This document shows, in pieces, positions 1 to 12,098 of a DNA stretch of 64,000 nt. The notes under the pieces are model-generated. The model had not been told where the DNA came from. It was given only the letters and a program-made list of their open reading frames with translations, and searched no databases. A program made the position numbers and the translations under genes. The DNA is from Prorocentrum cordatum (lineage: Eukaryota): the NCBI GenBank assembly GCA_963575745.1, contig CAUYUJ010000033.1, positions 1-64,000 on the forward strand. The letters run 5' to 3'. The first letter of the stretch is position 1. Every line of letters begins with the position of its first letter.

Positions 1-310
1 CCTCCTCCTCCTCCCTCCTCCTCCTCAAGTCTGGTACATGGGGCGCCTCCTCCTCCTCCTCCTCCTCCTCCTCCTGCTTCTCCTCCCCCCCCGCCCCTCC
101 AGACCTCAGGCAACTCGAGCAGGTTGTGCTGGAGAACAGTCGGCGTTTTCGGCGAACCAGGGCACTGTCAGGGCACCATTGACGGTCAGGGAGCTACCTG
201 AGGATGCCGTTCTCCACAGGGAGGAGCTTCGAGGAGGAGGGGGTGGAGAAGGAGGAGGAGGAGGACCTCCTCGAACCTCCTCCTCCTCCTTTTCCTCCTC
301 CTCCTCATCG

Positions 311-358
<48 letters not shown>

Positions 359-470
359 GCATCAGCATCAGCATCAGCATCATCATCAGCATCAGCATCA
401 TCATCAGCATCAGCATCATCATCGAACCTCGAACCTCCTCGTCGTCGTCGTCCTCCTCCTCCTCGAACCC
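1..470. repeat. (CCT)n and (CAT/CAG)n microsatellites
   Basis: Visible trinucleotide runs; source of the poly-L/S/H ORFs. Confidence 0.95.
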
Positions 471-1699
471 ACTCGAGGTCCTGAGGCTCGAATGGTATGT
501 TCCCTTATGCCCTTGCCCCTCTTCCTGCCTGTCTTGCATGTGTGGGTCCCTTGGCATTTGTCTCAAGGGATCCCTTTTCCGCGCCCGCTGTTATTCCCGC
601 CTTATATACGCTTTCTCTTAACGTCATCTCCCGTATACGTCTCATGCTCCAGTTGGTACCGGAGCTCCGGCTCCGTTATCCGCGATGTTTTTTCTCGCCT
701 TCGTCGCGACTCGGCGTCGCCGATTTCTCACCGCCCTCGGCACGTACATCGTGCTCACCGCTTTCAACACCGTGGCTCACCACCGCCTCTCTCGTCGCCT
801 TCTCGCACACCCCTTGTCGCCCATTGGGGCAGTATTCTCACCGCCTGCAGGTTGGGCGAGCGACACCATGCACAGCGCGCCCGACTTCAACCCGTACAAG
901 GGCAACGACACCGAGCACTTCGAGGGCCGCGGGCGCCCTGCGGCCCCCGCCTGCTCTCCATCCCGGGCTCGCGCAGACTATGTCGAGACATCTCGTGGAT
1001 CTTGGGGCCACGTCTCCCCCGAGCGTGGAGATGCCCACAGAACGGGGATTCGACCGCGCAGAATGGCAGAGGGAACAACCCAGCGTTCACATCCGCGGCT
1101 GCGGCCAAGGGCCCCGAGCTACTCGCAACTATCTTGCGAGTGCTTTGGGAGGAGCAGCAGAAAAAGGTGGGAAGTCCGTGGAGGGTCTGGCGACTGTGTC
1201 GTCCGCATCCCAAGGGACAGCGAAGCAGACCTGGGACTATCTGTATTCGGACCTGTGGAACATGACTTATCGCGCCACACCTTTCAGTCTGGCAGGATGA
1301 GATTCCGATGCGCACTCCTTCTGGACCATCGGGCAGCTGATGGTACTCAGCACGGTGACGACACGACGCGCGAAGGGCCTTCCCGCAACTATGCTGCGGG
1401 ATGCCCCGAGTGCCGAGATCGCCACAGCGACGGGAAGGAAGATTACGCCCAGAACGCTGACGAGGAGGAGCCCATTCGAGGCAGGAGCCCACGACGGCTC
1501 CGAGGCTCATGGTTAGAGCAGCGCCGCCATTGGGCCCCCGGTCCCCAGAAACCCCTTAAGTAATGGAGGGGCCGCCATTCCGGATGGAAGGCCATCGGAG
1601 TGGGCATGACTGCCGTGGCCAGCTGCCTCACTTGCATGGATGCAAGCGGCGGCGGCGACGGCAACGAGCGACACCTCAGCACCTGGGGGCCCGAGCAAC

Positions 1700-2640
1700 A
1701 ATCTCGAGTGCCTCTCCAGTGATGGGTGCAGGGGGCGATGATCTGGTCAGTGGCGAATTCAGACTTCAATGAGTTTTGCCAGGCAGCCTTCGCTTCATCA
1801 CGGCTGACTGGCATGGCGCGTGAGTTCGTGGATGGGTGGCCGCCAGCTCTCCTGACCCACGGAGGGCACATCCGCGGCAACCCAGTGCCACTGATGGCCC
1901 TCCCATTGTACAGTTTGGCCGAATGATGGGGCCAACTGGGCGTGGAGGGGCGAGCCCGGCAGTTTCGGCACTCATATGAGCTTCAACAGATTGCCACTGG
2001 GGCGCATGGACAACCTCCTCGCGCGTTTTGACATCCTCCGCAACCGCGCACAGCAAGCTGGTCAACTCATGATCGGCTACGATGGTCTCAGCTACCTCCT
2101 CTTGCGCGCGGTCGGAGTGTCAGACGTCCAATTGACCGTCAGCTTGCAGCACTACAACATGGCCTACCCGACCAGCGCAGCACAGCTTTCACACATGCCT
2201 GGGCAGCTGCGACGCTTTGGGCACGTGACGGGTGCACCCGCGCAAGTTCAGGCGCAGAGTGTCTATGACATGTCGGCCAGATCGAGCTGGCGACGCCGTC
2301 TGCACACCCCGAACAACGCGACGCTCCCGTGAACAGCGCGGCGCGTACCTACTCTAGGCTTACGAGCGCCAAAGCACGCTGGCGACGCCGCAGCAACCGC
2401 AAGCGCCATCGAACGGAAGGTCAAGGGCCATGGCAAAGGTTACCGCGCCTCCCTGGCCGATTTGTTCGAAAGTGACCTCCGAGAAACGTTCGCGGGTTTC
2501 GGGGAGGTAAGGCGAATGGGAGATTCAGGACCAGCGGCGCGGGTTCGGGCCGACGAGGCAACCCTATGGCCCCCGACGGGGTGCGCCTCAAATGCCGCGA
2601 GTGCGAGTCGGAAGGACACCTCGTGCGCGACTGCCCCCGG
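1700..2640 (+). pseudogene. gag-like pseudogene with CCHC zinc knuckle
   Basis: Frameshifted ORFs 1726-1926 and 1976-2332 (MDNLLARFDILRNRA...QLRRFGH), then a basic/Gly-rich stretch and CRECESEGHLVRDC (C-x2-C-x4-H-x4-C) at 2593-2634. Confidence 0.7.
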
Positions 2641-4147
2641 CGCCGCGAGCGAGGGCGCGCTCTCTTCCTCGGCGCCGACGCCTCGCCGCTGGCACCCACG
2701 CCGCTCGCGCGCCTCGGGCGGCAGGGGCCGCCGAGCCCGACTGTGCGGCAGTCTCTGGCAGGCGCGCCCGCGGTCTGGTCGGCCGCGGGCCCTGGCGAGA
2801 GCAGTCCCGCGCCGAGCGCTGATCTCTGGAATGGCATCCATCCAGCGCCAGCATCAGCGGCCAGCAGCGGCAGCCACTCCTCCAAGTTCGTCGTCCGACG
2901 GCTCGCGGCCGCATGCCGGCCGCAGCCAGCGGTCACGATGGGCCGGGACAGCGCCGTCGGCATCGTCATCGCTCAACCCGCCCGACGCTGAATTACGCCG
3001 TCGGGCCCTGCGACTACGTGACAAGCCCGCGCGAGGGCAGCGGGCAGAGCTGCGCCAGCCGCGCCCTCGGCGACTACAGCTCCAGTGGCGCCGCCGGCAC
3101 CGCCGCGCTGGACACGAGCGGGCGGCGCCTCCCCTCTGGGGCAGGCCCAAGGGCGCGAATGGTTAGGCAGCCTCAACGCACGAGCCGCCGCTCCCACGCC
3201 GCCAGCTGCCGACGCGCGGTTGCCTAGCTGGGCATGCATGTCCTCCGTGGCCTCACTCGGCATCGGCGCGCCATGTAGATCATGCTCCGCGTGGCCACCG
3301 CAATCCGCGCCAGCGTCAGCGCCAGTGCCGGAGTCCCCCTTTGGATTGGCCGCGTTCGATTCAGACGTGCCAGTAGACGCGAGCCAACCATCTGGAAGGG
3401 TGGCCATGCGTTTCGCCGGCAGCGAACCTGGGATGTCCGGCGCTGGCCGATGCCCAGCGCGGCGCCCGCGCTACTCTCGACCGCGCCCAACGACGACACC
3501 TCGACGAACCCCGCAGCTCGCAACTAAGCGTTGGAGCTGCTGCGACAGACGAGCAGTAGCGCCGAGCCGCGCGGAGTTGGATCGAAACCTTCGTTAATCC
3601 TCCACTTATGCCGCCCGCGGCGCCCACTGCGCCCCCCTCCTTCGCCGCCGTCGCTGGCGACGACGGGGGGCGCCCCATCTGTCTCGAGGCCCTCGTGCGC
3701 GGCCAGAGAGGGGTGCGCCTGCAGCGCCGCTGCATTTTGCGCCGCGCATGCCACCTGCAACTTATGCAGAATATCGACGCCAGCGTGGTCAACTGCCCGG
3801 CGCGCCGCGGACCAGCCGACGTCGTCGCCGATTTGTGGCGCGCGACGCCTATGGCGCCGGCCCGCGCGGCGGATTGCGACCCGACGGGCCCGGCGCCAAT
3901 GGCGCCGGTTCGCGCGGCGCCAGGGGGGCGCGCTCCAGAAGAGACGCTGCCGCAACAGGGCGCCGCCCAGTCACCCCGGGCCCCCCCCCGCCCCCGCGAC
4001 GCCGCGCCCAGGTCCCGTGCGACCCTTGGGCAGCTCGTCCAGTTGCGCGTCAGCAGTAGATACGGCACCACCCTATGACGCTCACTTGGACGTGCGCGTG
4101 CCTCCTCATAGGCCGGCCAGCGCCCCCGTGGTGGCCGATTTCGTCAG

Positions 4148-4444
4148 GTGCCGGCTCGAGCCCGCAATTATTCGCCGCGCTGCCTGGCGAGCACTTCGCA
4201 AGCAGGTGGCCAGTTGAGCATCGCCGTCGACGCGGGCGGCCGGCCCAATCTCCGGGGCCCGCGGCTCGCCGCGAGTCTGGTGGAAAGCCCAGCGGGCGAA
4301 GCTGCGGCCCTCGGGGGGAACTTGTCAGCTGCGCGGCGCGCGGCAGGAGCAGGCTTGTGGAAGTCGATCAGTGGAGAGGAAGCATGCTGCCAAATCCCTT
4401 CCAGATGTCTAAGAGACGTTTCACATATTGTTTTAGATATGTAA
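4148..4444 (+). pseudogene. Degenerate retropepsin-like aspartic protease fragment
   Basis: GQLSIAVDAGGRPNL resembles the hydrophobic-D(T/S/P)G active-site motif and lies downstream of gag. Weak on its own. Confidence 0.4.
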
Positions 4445-4989
4445 AAAACATGTTTGGAACAGTTGTACAGAGCATGTTGTGCCCACTTTGAACATTCTTG
4501 AGCTCAACGATAGGATTTCTAGAGTGTCCGTTGTCATGGCATCCGCAAGAGTCGGCGAGGGGCCAGGTAGCGAACTCGGGGATTTGCTGCACCATCGCCA
4601 CGACGTCGCGCGACGGCGCGGCCGGGCAGCGCGGCGCGCGCCGCCCGGCCGCGGAGGGCGACGGCGCTGACCTCCATGTCGCGTTATAGGTCGGCAGCCC
4701 GCGCGGCCCAGCGCAGAGACAGGCGCGAGGCATGAGCGCCTCACCTCCCCCTTCCCAGACCCCCTCGCGCTGTGAAACAATCGCGACGGGAGGTTCTTCT
4801 CCATTTTCGGCCCCCGGGGCCCTTACCGGGCTTCGGGACCGTCAAATCACGACTCGGGATGCCAGGCCGGTTCCAGGGAAGGGGCCCAGACCTCTGGGGG
4901 CCGACGCGGCGAAAACACTTCGACGTCGGGGATCTGGGCTGCCAGGTGGCCACCTCGAGATCACCTGGGGCCCAGGCGCCGTCCATTTC

Positions 4990-5248
4990 GACTCCAGATC
5001 CGCCCTACTTTGGGGAAATTCGTAAGTAGTAGGGCTTGGAATTTCCGCCCTGCTTTTCAGGCCCCGCTGATGCCAGTTTCCGCCTTACTTTTCTGTTGCT
5101 GTTTCCGCCCTGCTTCTCTGGATTTCCGCCCTACTTTTATGCTGGGTGCAGCAATCTCCGCCCTACTTTTTTGGCCTCTCATAGGTGGATTTCCGACGCA
5201 GTTTTAAGTTGGAAAAAAAGCCAAAGTAGGGCGGATCTGGAGTCAGGG
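4990..5248. mobile_element. MITE, CCCTGACTCC...GGAGTCAGGG family (left end eroded)
   Basis: GACTCCAGATCCGCCCTACTTT ... AAAGTAGGGCGGATCTGGAGTCAGGG inverted termini; a further partial copy ends at 5434. Confidence 0.75.
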
Positions 5249-6071
5249 CGATCCCTGCCTCCCGGGCTCCACGCGCACCCAGCATAAAGTAGGGCGGCAA
5301 TCCACAGAAGCATGGCGGAAACAGCAGCAGAAAAGCAGGACGGACATTGGCATCCGCGGGGCCTGAAAAGTAGGGCGGACACTCCAGGCCCTACTTACGA
5401 GCTTCCCCAAAGTAGGGCGGATCCGGAGTCAGGGGGGGGCCGCCCCGCCCGGGTGCGTTTCGAGTCTCGGAGGAGTAGGAGGAGGAGGAGGAGGAGGTGG
5501 AGGAGGAGGAGCAGGAGGAGGAGGAGGAGGAGGAGGGGGAGGAGGAGCACCAGCAGAGGAGGAAGGAGGAGGAGGAGGAGGGAGGAGGGGGAGGAGGATG
5601 GGCAAAGGAGTGAGGAGGAGGAGGAGGAGAGGAGAGGAGGAGCAGGAGGAGGAGGAGGAGGGGGAGGGGGAGGAGGAGGAGGGGCAGGCGCCGCCCACTT
5701 CGACTCGGGGCCGGCGCCGCAAGGGGCACCTGCACCTGCCCGTCTGACGGCTGCGGCGCCCCGGGGCCCCGCCGCCCGATCGGGCCTGGGCGCAGGAGTG
5801 ACCTTTCGCCGGAGGGACCTTCCCAGACATGATGGCGGCGTAGAAAGAATCGGGGCGGGAGGTTTTTCGCCATTTTCGGCCCCTGGGGGCCCTCGCCGGG
5901 CCTCGGGAGCGTCAGAAAGCGAGTCGGGGCGAAAAACCGGCCCCGGGGAAAGGGTCGGGACTTCTGGGGGCGCCGTCCTGAAAAAATCAGGACGTCGCAT
6001 GTCTGGGTTTGGTGCGGGCCCAATGGGGGTTCCCCAGGTCGCGTTTGGTGCGGGCACAATGGGTTCCCCAG

Positions 6072-6330
6072 CCCTGACTCCGGATCCGCCCTACTTTGGG
6101 GAAATTCGTAAGTAGGGCTTGGAATTTCCGCCTTACTTTTCAGGCCCCATTGATGCCAATTTCCGCCCTGCTTTTCTGCTGCTGTTTCTGCCCCACTTCT
6201 GTGGATTTCCGCCCTACTTTATGCTGGGTGCAGGAATTTCCGCCCTACTTTTTCGGCCTTGTATAGGTGGATTTCCGACGCAGTTTTATGTTAGAAAAAA
6301 AGCCAGAGTAGGGCGGATCTGGAGTCAGGG
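6072..6330. mobile_element. MITE, CCC...GGG family, 2-bp TSD AG
   Basis: ~26-bp TIRs; AG on both flanks; internal sequence similar to 4990-5248. Confidence 0.85.
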
Positions 6331-6468
6331 AGGTCGCCAAACGCGATGCGATAGTAGCGTCTTGCGCGCCTGTGTCTGGGTCCCCCCCACCCCGCGGCCC
6401 CCAAGGAGTCGCGCGCCAAGGGTCACGCTTTCTTGCCCGGGGCCACTCGTTGCGCGCAGTCGATTCCT

Positions 6469-6645
6469 CCCTGACTCCTGATCCGCCCTACTTTGGGCGA
6501 TTTCGAAAGTAGGGCGGAAATTTCCGCCCTACTTTTGAGGCCCCTTTGAGCGTCGATTTCCGCCCTTGAGGCTCCTTTGGCGTCGATTTCCGACGCAATT
6601 TTAGGTCGGAAAATCATCCAAAGTACGGCGGATCAGGAGCCAGGG
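6469..6645. mobile_element. MITE, CCC...GGG family short subtype (177 bp)
   Basis: TIRs CCCTGACTCCTGATCCGCCCTACTTTG / CAAAGTACGGCGGATCAGGAGCCAGGG; near-identical inverted copy at 19470-19646. Confidence 0.85.
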
Positions 6646-7249
6646 CATGGCGTCTGGCAGTCGTGACTCCACGCAGCGCGCCCAGGACCGCGCCTCGAGA
6701 TCGTCGGGCCACGCCGAGCAGCGCATCACTCAGAGGGCGCAATTGGTAGGGATCACGGCCGATCCGAGTGCTGATCCCAACCCAAAGCGCGCTTGCTACT
6801 GAGGAGCGCACCCATGACAACGAGCAGCACATTCAGGACGATGGGCACCAGCAGCCACGGGAGGCGTCCGGCAACTACTTTGCCAGCGCCGCCCCCGCTA
6901 CCGAACGGGAGGCATCTGGTGCCTACGTTGCCAGTGCCTACCTTGCGGCAGAGTGCGTGCGTCAGAAGCAGACGATAAACGGAGGGCCATGTGCCCAAGG
7001 CTTGGAAGCAAAACCGTCGAGGACCACTGCGACGACTGCGAATCCGACCTCATGGGACTCCCCCCCGATCTTCCCGGGATTGCAGCCGTTGGCGAGCCGT
7101 GTCACGCCGACGAGTGCGACGAGGATGGGATCCATGGCAACCTCACCTCAGGTTTGCGCGTGGTTCCAGGGACCGTCGGCCCTGGCATCAGATCGCCATC
7201 TGACGAGGGTTCACACGACGTCACGGCACACCGAGTTCGACTCCATGCG

Positions 7250-7655
7250 CCACCTCCTCACCGACCTCGCCTCTCTCGACTACGGCGTCGACATCATCGA
7301 GGTTTGTTGTTGGGAGGTTCGGACTAGACGATTTGCTGTCCGACGCCATCTCAAGACTGTTGAAACTTCGACTGGAACAGATCCCTATCCCTATATTGGG
7401 CATTGCCTCGTCACGATGGCGATCTTACGGATTCTCTCAGTTTCTGAGGATGCGTCCCTAAGATTGTCATCGCCTTTTGGCGTGCCAATCTTAGGGATAG
7501 GTATAAGTTCGAGGCTGGTGAGTTGTGACCTCAACGACAAGGGCCAGCAACGCGCTGGTGAGAGGTGAGAGGTACATACAACAAGACTGGCCCTTAGCGG
7601 CCATCATGGCTTCCACTTGCCAGCCATGTGATCGTTGGGCGACGTTCAATTACGG
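7250..7655 (+). pseudogene. Methyltransferase-like (C5-DNMT motif I/IV-like) remnant in the retroelement
   Basis: VDIIEVCC...RRHLKT...(insert)...SCDLNDKGQQ...LAAIMASTCQP; the spacing is reminiscent of motif I (ELFxG) and motif IV (GxPCQ). Degenerate. Confidence 0.35.
7376..7514. mobile_element. ~140-bp MITE inserted in the MTase-like segment
   Basis: Imperfect inverted ends (CCCTATCCCTA..ATTGG / CCAAT..TAGGGATAGG); CTGG on both flanks (7372-7375, 7515-7518). Confidence 0.6.
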
Positions 7656-7663
7656 CGCTTGCT

Positions 7664-7664
<1 letters not shown>

Positions 7665-7694
<30 letters not shown>

Positions 7695-8045
7695 TCCCCC
7701 TCCTCCTCCTCCTCCTCCTCTCTCCTCCTCCTCCTCCTCCTCCCCCCTCCTCCTCCTCCTCCTCCTCCTCCTCCTCTCCTCCTCCTCCCTCCTCCTCCTC
7801 CTCCTCCTCCTCCTCCTCCTCCTCCTCCTCCTCCTCCTCCTCCTCCTCCCTCCTCCTCCTCCTCCTCCTCCCTCCTCCTCCTCCTCCTCCTCCCCCTCCT
7901 CTCCTCCCTCCCCCCCTCCTCCCTCCCTCCCTCCCTCCCTCCCTCCCTCCCTCCCTCCCCTCCCTCCCTCCTCCATCCCTCCCTCCCCCTCCTCCCTCCC
8001 TCCCTCCCTCCCTCCCTCCTCCCCTCCCCCCTCCCCCCCCCCCCG
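7665..8045. repeat. (CCT)n/(CCCT)n microsatellite
   Basis: Direct observation; similar tracts at 5470-5680, 10850-11120, 11800-11975, 19780-20150, 22835-23260, 23715-24000, 24560-24990, 26030-26520. Confidence 0.95.
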
Positions 8046-9450
8046 GGGCGCGCCCCGTCGCCCCCGAGCGCGCGCGCGCGCGCCCGACCGATGTGCGCGG
8101 CGCTGCCCGGGAGCCAGGCCGCGGGCGAGGCGCGCGGGAGCGGCGGGCCCCGGCTCCGGACCCGCCGCGCGCCCGCGGCGGCTTCCGGAGAATATTCCGG
8201 GGCAGACGAAAGGGGGGGACCTCCAAAAGTTGTGTCTATGCCTCCGGAGACGTGCGGCGCATGCGTCGGGGACGTGGCTTCTGATCGCGCAGAGGCGGGT
8301 GGCCCTCCTGATGGGGAAGCAGGATTCTGGTTGCGAGAAGGACAGGCTCCCCCGGCAGTCTGTGCTGCGGCGAGAAAGGGGGAAGGCGGAGAACTTTTGG
8401 CGCTCCGCGCGGATTTCTTGGATCTGCGTTGGGGCCCCCTGGCGGCGCCTCCGGCGCCGCACCTGGCGCCCTCCGCGCGCCAGGGAGGGGCTTCTAACCG
8501 AGCTCCAAGACATCTGCGCGGACCTCCAAAAGTTTATGTCGATGCCGTTTTTTCTTCCCCTGGGACAGGGAGACCGGGAGCGCGACGCAGGCCGACGTCG
8601 GCGAACGAGCAGCCGGCGGGAGGCCAGGGCCGGCGGGGCGAAGCGGGCGGGCGGGCAGCCGCGACGCCGCCGGAAAACTACAAGCGGGGCAGGGTGATCG
8701 AGGGCCCCAGGTCGGCGGCGGCGTCGTCGGCGGCGTCCGCGCCTGTCCTCTCTTCTGCGTCTGCGCGCTCAAGCCGAGCACCGCTTCTCGGGCTGGACGA
8801 AGCGGGGGGATTGGGAAAGGGGGGGGTTACGAAATCCGCTGCACGGAGCTGGTTTCGGCCCCACCGAGGGGCCCATTCCTCGGTGCATGGCCGCCTCCAG
8901 CGCCGGGAGGCGCCGGGAAAATCAGCTACGTGAGCGTATAGGCATTCAAGAATACAATTTACCCGCCGCGCGCGTCGGTGGGTTCCGGAGAATTTCTGGG
9001 GCAGACCTCCTAGCCTGATGCGTCGCTTGAGGACTTGGCCGTTTGCGGTTCGCGAGGGGGGCGTCGCGGCCGTCATTTTTGCGGGTCCAGGTCCGTCGGT
9101 TTCGGTCCCAGGCCGTTTTCACTAAAGGGGGGGTTTGCTAAAGGGAGGTCTGTCCTCCGCCGAGAATTGCGTAGGCAGTAAAGAATACAATATTTCGCTT
9201 CGGGGGCGATCCAAACAGGAATCAGATCCCTCCCTCTTGGGGTCAAGCCTGGGGTTAGACCTGGGGTCGTCGTCCTCGTCGTCGTCGTTGTCGTCGCCGT
9301 CGTCGGGGTCAAACAGGGTCTCGCCGAGGGCCCGCCGCCGGCCAGCCGTTTCAACAAGTCACTGCCACACCGGATCGTCGCCGCATTCGGTTCCGTCCGA
9401 AAAAATCGGTAACCGGTGAGGGTAGCCCGCCCCGCGTCGGTGGGGACGCC

Positions 9451-9608
9451 CCGGCGTTAAGTCGGGCCCGTCCCTCTACAAAACAGTCAAAAAATAGCCT
9501 GGGGACTCTTTTTTGAGTATTTGTTGACCATTTTGGAGCATTTTTTGAGTATGTTCTAATTTTCATCGAAAATCCCCCTGTAGGGGGACACGCCCGACTT
9601 CACCCCGG
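9451..9608. mobile_element. MITE-like element with ~30-bp imperfect TIRs and AT-rich core
   Basis: AAGTCGGGCCCGTCCCTCTACA (9459-9480) vs reverse complement of 9579-9600 AAGTCGGGCGTGTCCCCCTACA (19/22). Confidence 0.65.
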
Positions 9609-12098
9609 CGGGGCCAGAGGAGGTGCCGCTGCCGCGGCTCGCGCTGGAGGCTGGCGCGCCCTCGTCGCCGCGGCGGGCTTCCCCCCGACATGCTGGGCAG
9701 AACGCCCCCCGGGGGAGGCCCCAGGGAGCTGCGGGGCCCCCTGACGTCGGAGCCGCCGTGCCCTGGTGGATGCTCGCGGCGTCGGCAAGGCACCCGGGCG
9801 GCGAGAAGGCGAGAGAACGGCAGGAGCGGCCGCCCCGGACGAGGTCGGGGTAGGCCGCTCCGCGGGGGCGGGGCGGGAGCAGCGGCGGCGCCGCAACGTG
9901 TGGCGGTCATCGGCGGCAGCCTGGTCCGAGCATGTGCTTCGGGTGGAGGGCAAAGGGTGGAGCCTGAAATGCCGTTCCGATCGACTTCCGAGGCTCGGAT
10001 CTGCAGAAGGTGGATCACAAGACGGATGGGTGTTCGAGGTGCAGGAGTCCATACACCGCACTCACATCTATGCCCCTGGGTGGGTGTATGTGCGGCCGTT
10101 TTCGCGCTGTCATGTGCGCGCATGTGCGCGGCATGTGCCAGTCATGTGCCAGGCCTGTGCGGTCCTTCTTGGATGGACTTCCTGCTGTGCACGTCGTGCC
10201 CGGGCATGTGCGGGGGAATGTGCGCTGTGTTCTGGTGTATCCATCATACGCACATGCACGCACAGTCCGACGCACATGCGCGCACATGCCTGCACATGCG
10301 GGAGGTGTTCGAGAATCCCAGGTCTGTCATCGGCACATGCACGCACATGCTTGCGCAACCTCTCTTCGGGAGGCCGCGCGGGACCGCACATGCACGCACA
10401 TGCGGTGAAACGCGCGGGCGCACATGCGTGCACATCCCAAAGCACATGCACGCACATGCCCCAGGAACTGTCTGGGACCCCTGTGCCTCTAATGCCTCCT
10501 GGCCTTCGCAGAGCTATTGTAACCTGGGGCGTGCCAGGGCTTCCTGAAAGAGTTTTTTGTGCGTTTAGACTCGCCCGCTGCTGGCGGGGGCGGTTCTTCG
10601 CCCAGTTCGTGAGCTGGCGGTGGCGTGCCCTCCTAGTAAAACACTCCCGCGCGCCTTCTCAGTCGGCCGGAGAAGCAGGGGTGGGGGAGCCTTCTGCCCT
10701 GAGAAGATGCTCAGCTGCTTGCGAGTTTGAACCGAAGTCCGGGCGGGGGGCGGGCAGTGCCAGGGCCCCGGGGCGGGCAAGGGGCCAGCCAGGAGCAGCG
10801 TCAGGGGGGGGGGATGGACTCGGAGGGCGCGCGCGTCGAGCTCCGATCGCCCCTCTCTCGCTCCTCTCTCGCTCCTCTCTCGCTCCTCTCTCGCTCCTCT
10901 CTCGCTCCTCCCCCTCCTCCTCCTCCCCTCCTCCTCCTCCTCCTCTCCTCGTCCTCCTCCTCTCTCCTCCTCCTCCTCCTCCTCCTCCTCCTCCTCCCCT
11001 CCTCCCTCCTCCTCCTCCTCCTCCTCCCCTTCCTCCTCCTCCTCTCCTGCTCCTCCTCCTCCTCCTTCTCCTCCCCCTCACCTCCTCCTCCTCCTCCTCC
11101 TTCTCCTCCTCCTCCTCCACAATTATTCAATATGAAAATACTCGCCCTCTTCCCCTGATGGCGTCCGGGTGATGGCCGCGCACCCTCCGCGTACTGTTTT
11201 TTACACACAGGATCCCCGGGAAATCCCGGGAAACGACTCTCGCTGAGGCGCCGGCGTCATTTTTTTCCAAAATGCTGCTCTCGTTGAGGCGCCGGCCTCA
11301 TTTCTGCTCCCGAATCGTTCCGAATCGTGCTCCCGCTGCAGCGTGGGCCTCATTTTCGGATCGGTGTTTGGCCTCCGTCGTTCAGGATGGCGTTCTCGCC
11401 CCAGCGCGGGCCTCTCGCGCGCCCATCCGCCCGCCACCACCGCGCCGCACCGCCACCACCACCACCGCCACCACCACCACCACCACCACCACCACCACCA
11501 CCACCACAACCACCACCAGCACCAGCACCAGTACCAACACCACCACCACCAGCACCACCACCACCACCACCACCAGCACCACCACCATCACCACCACCAC
11601 CACCAGTACCACCACCACCACCACCACAATCACGCACACACGCACGCACGCACGTGCACCACCACCCACTACGCACGCGCGCGCGGAGCCACAGGTCCGC
11701 TACGACACGCGTCCGCGGATAGAGAAAATCAACGCCATGGCAAAGGATGGGAGGGAGGGGTAGGACGTCAGATATGACGCGAGCGCACCTAGCTTGTCCC
11801 CCTCCCCCTCCCCCTCCTCCCCTCCTCCTCCCCCCCTCCTCCTCCCCCTCCTCCTCCTCCTCCTCCTCCTCCTCCTCCTCCTCCTTCACCACCTCCTCCT
11901 CCTCCTTCACCACCTCTTCCTCCTCCTCCTCCTCCTCCTCCTCCTCCTCCTCCTCCTCCTCCTCCTCCTCCTCCTTCTGGCAGGGGAAGCGGTCCGAGCT
12001 GCTTGCGCACAGGGCGCCGCTTGCCGCGCCGCCAGGAGGACAACCGGGTGGAGTCTCCCATTCGTTGGGCGAGGTGGGGCCTTCGGCGGGGGGGTGCA

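Larger units (their letters stand above)
870..7660 (+). mobile_element. Decayed LTR-retrotransposon-like element (gag, zinc knuckle, protease-like, MTase-like), interrupted by MITEs and microsatellites
   Basis: Colinear fragments: gag-like helical region (1726-2332), CCHC knuckle (2593-2634), DxG protease-like motif (~4229), MTase-like segment (7250-7655). No LTR, RT or integrase found, so the superfamily is not fixed. Boundaries approximate. Confidence 0.6.

Noticed and set aside
38..566. Poly-L/S/H/M ORFs (also 7525-8933, 19669-20638, 22407-26546, 57857-59207)
   Set aside because: Translations of CCT/CAT/CA microsatellites; open in several frames, with no domain content.
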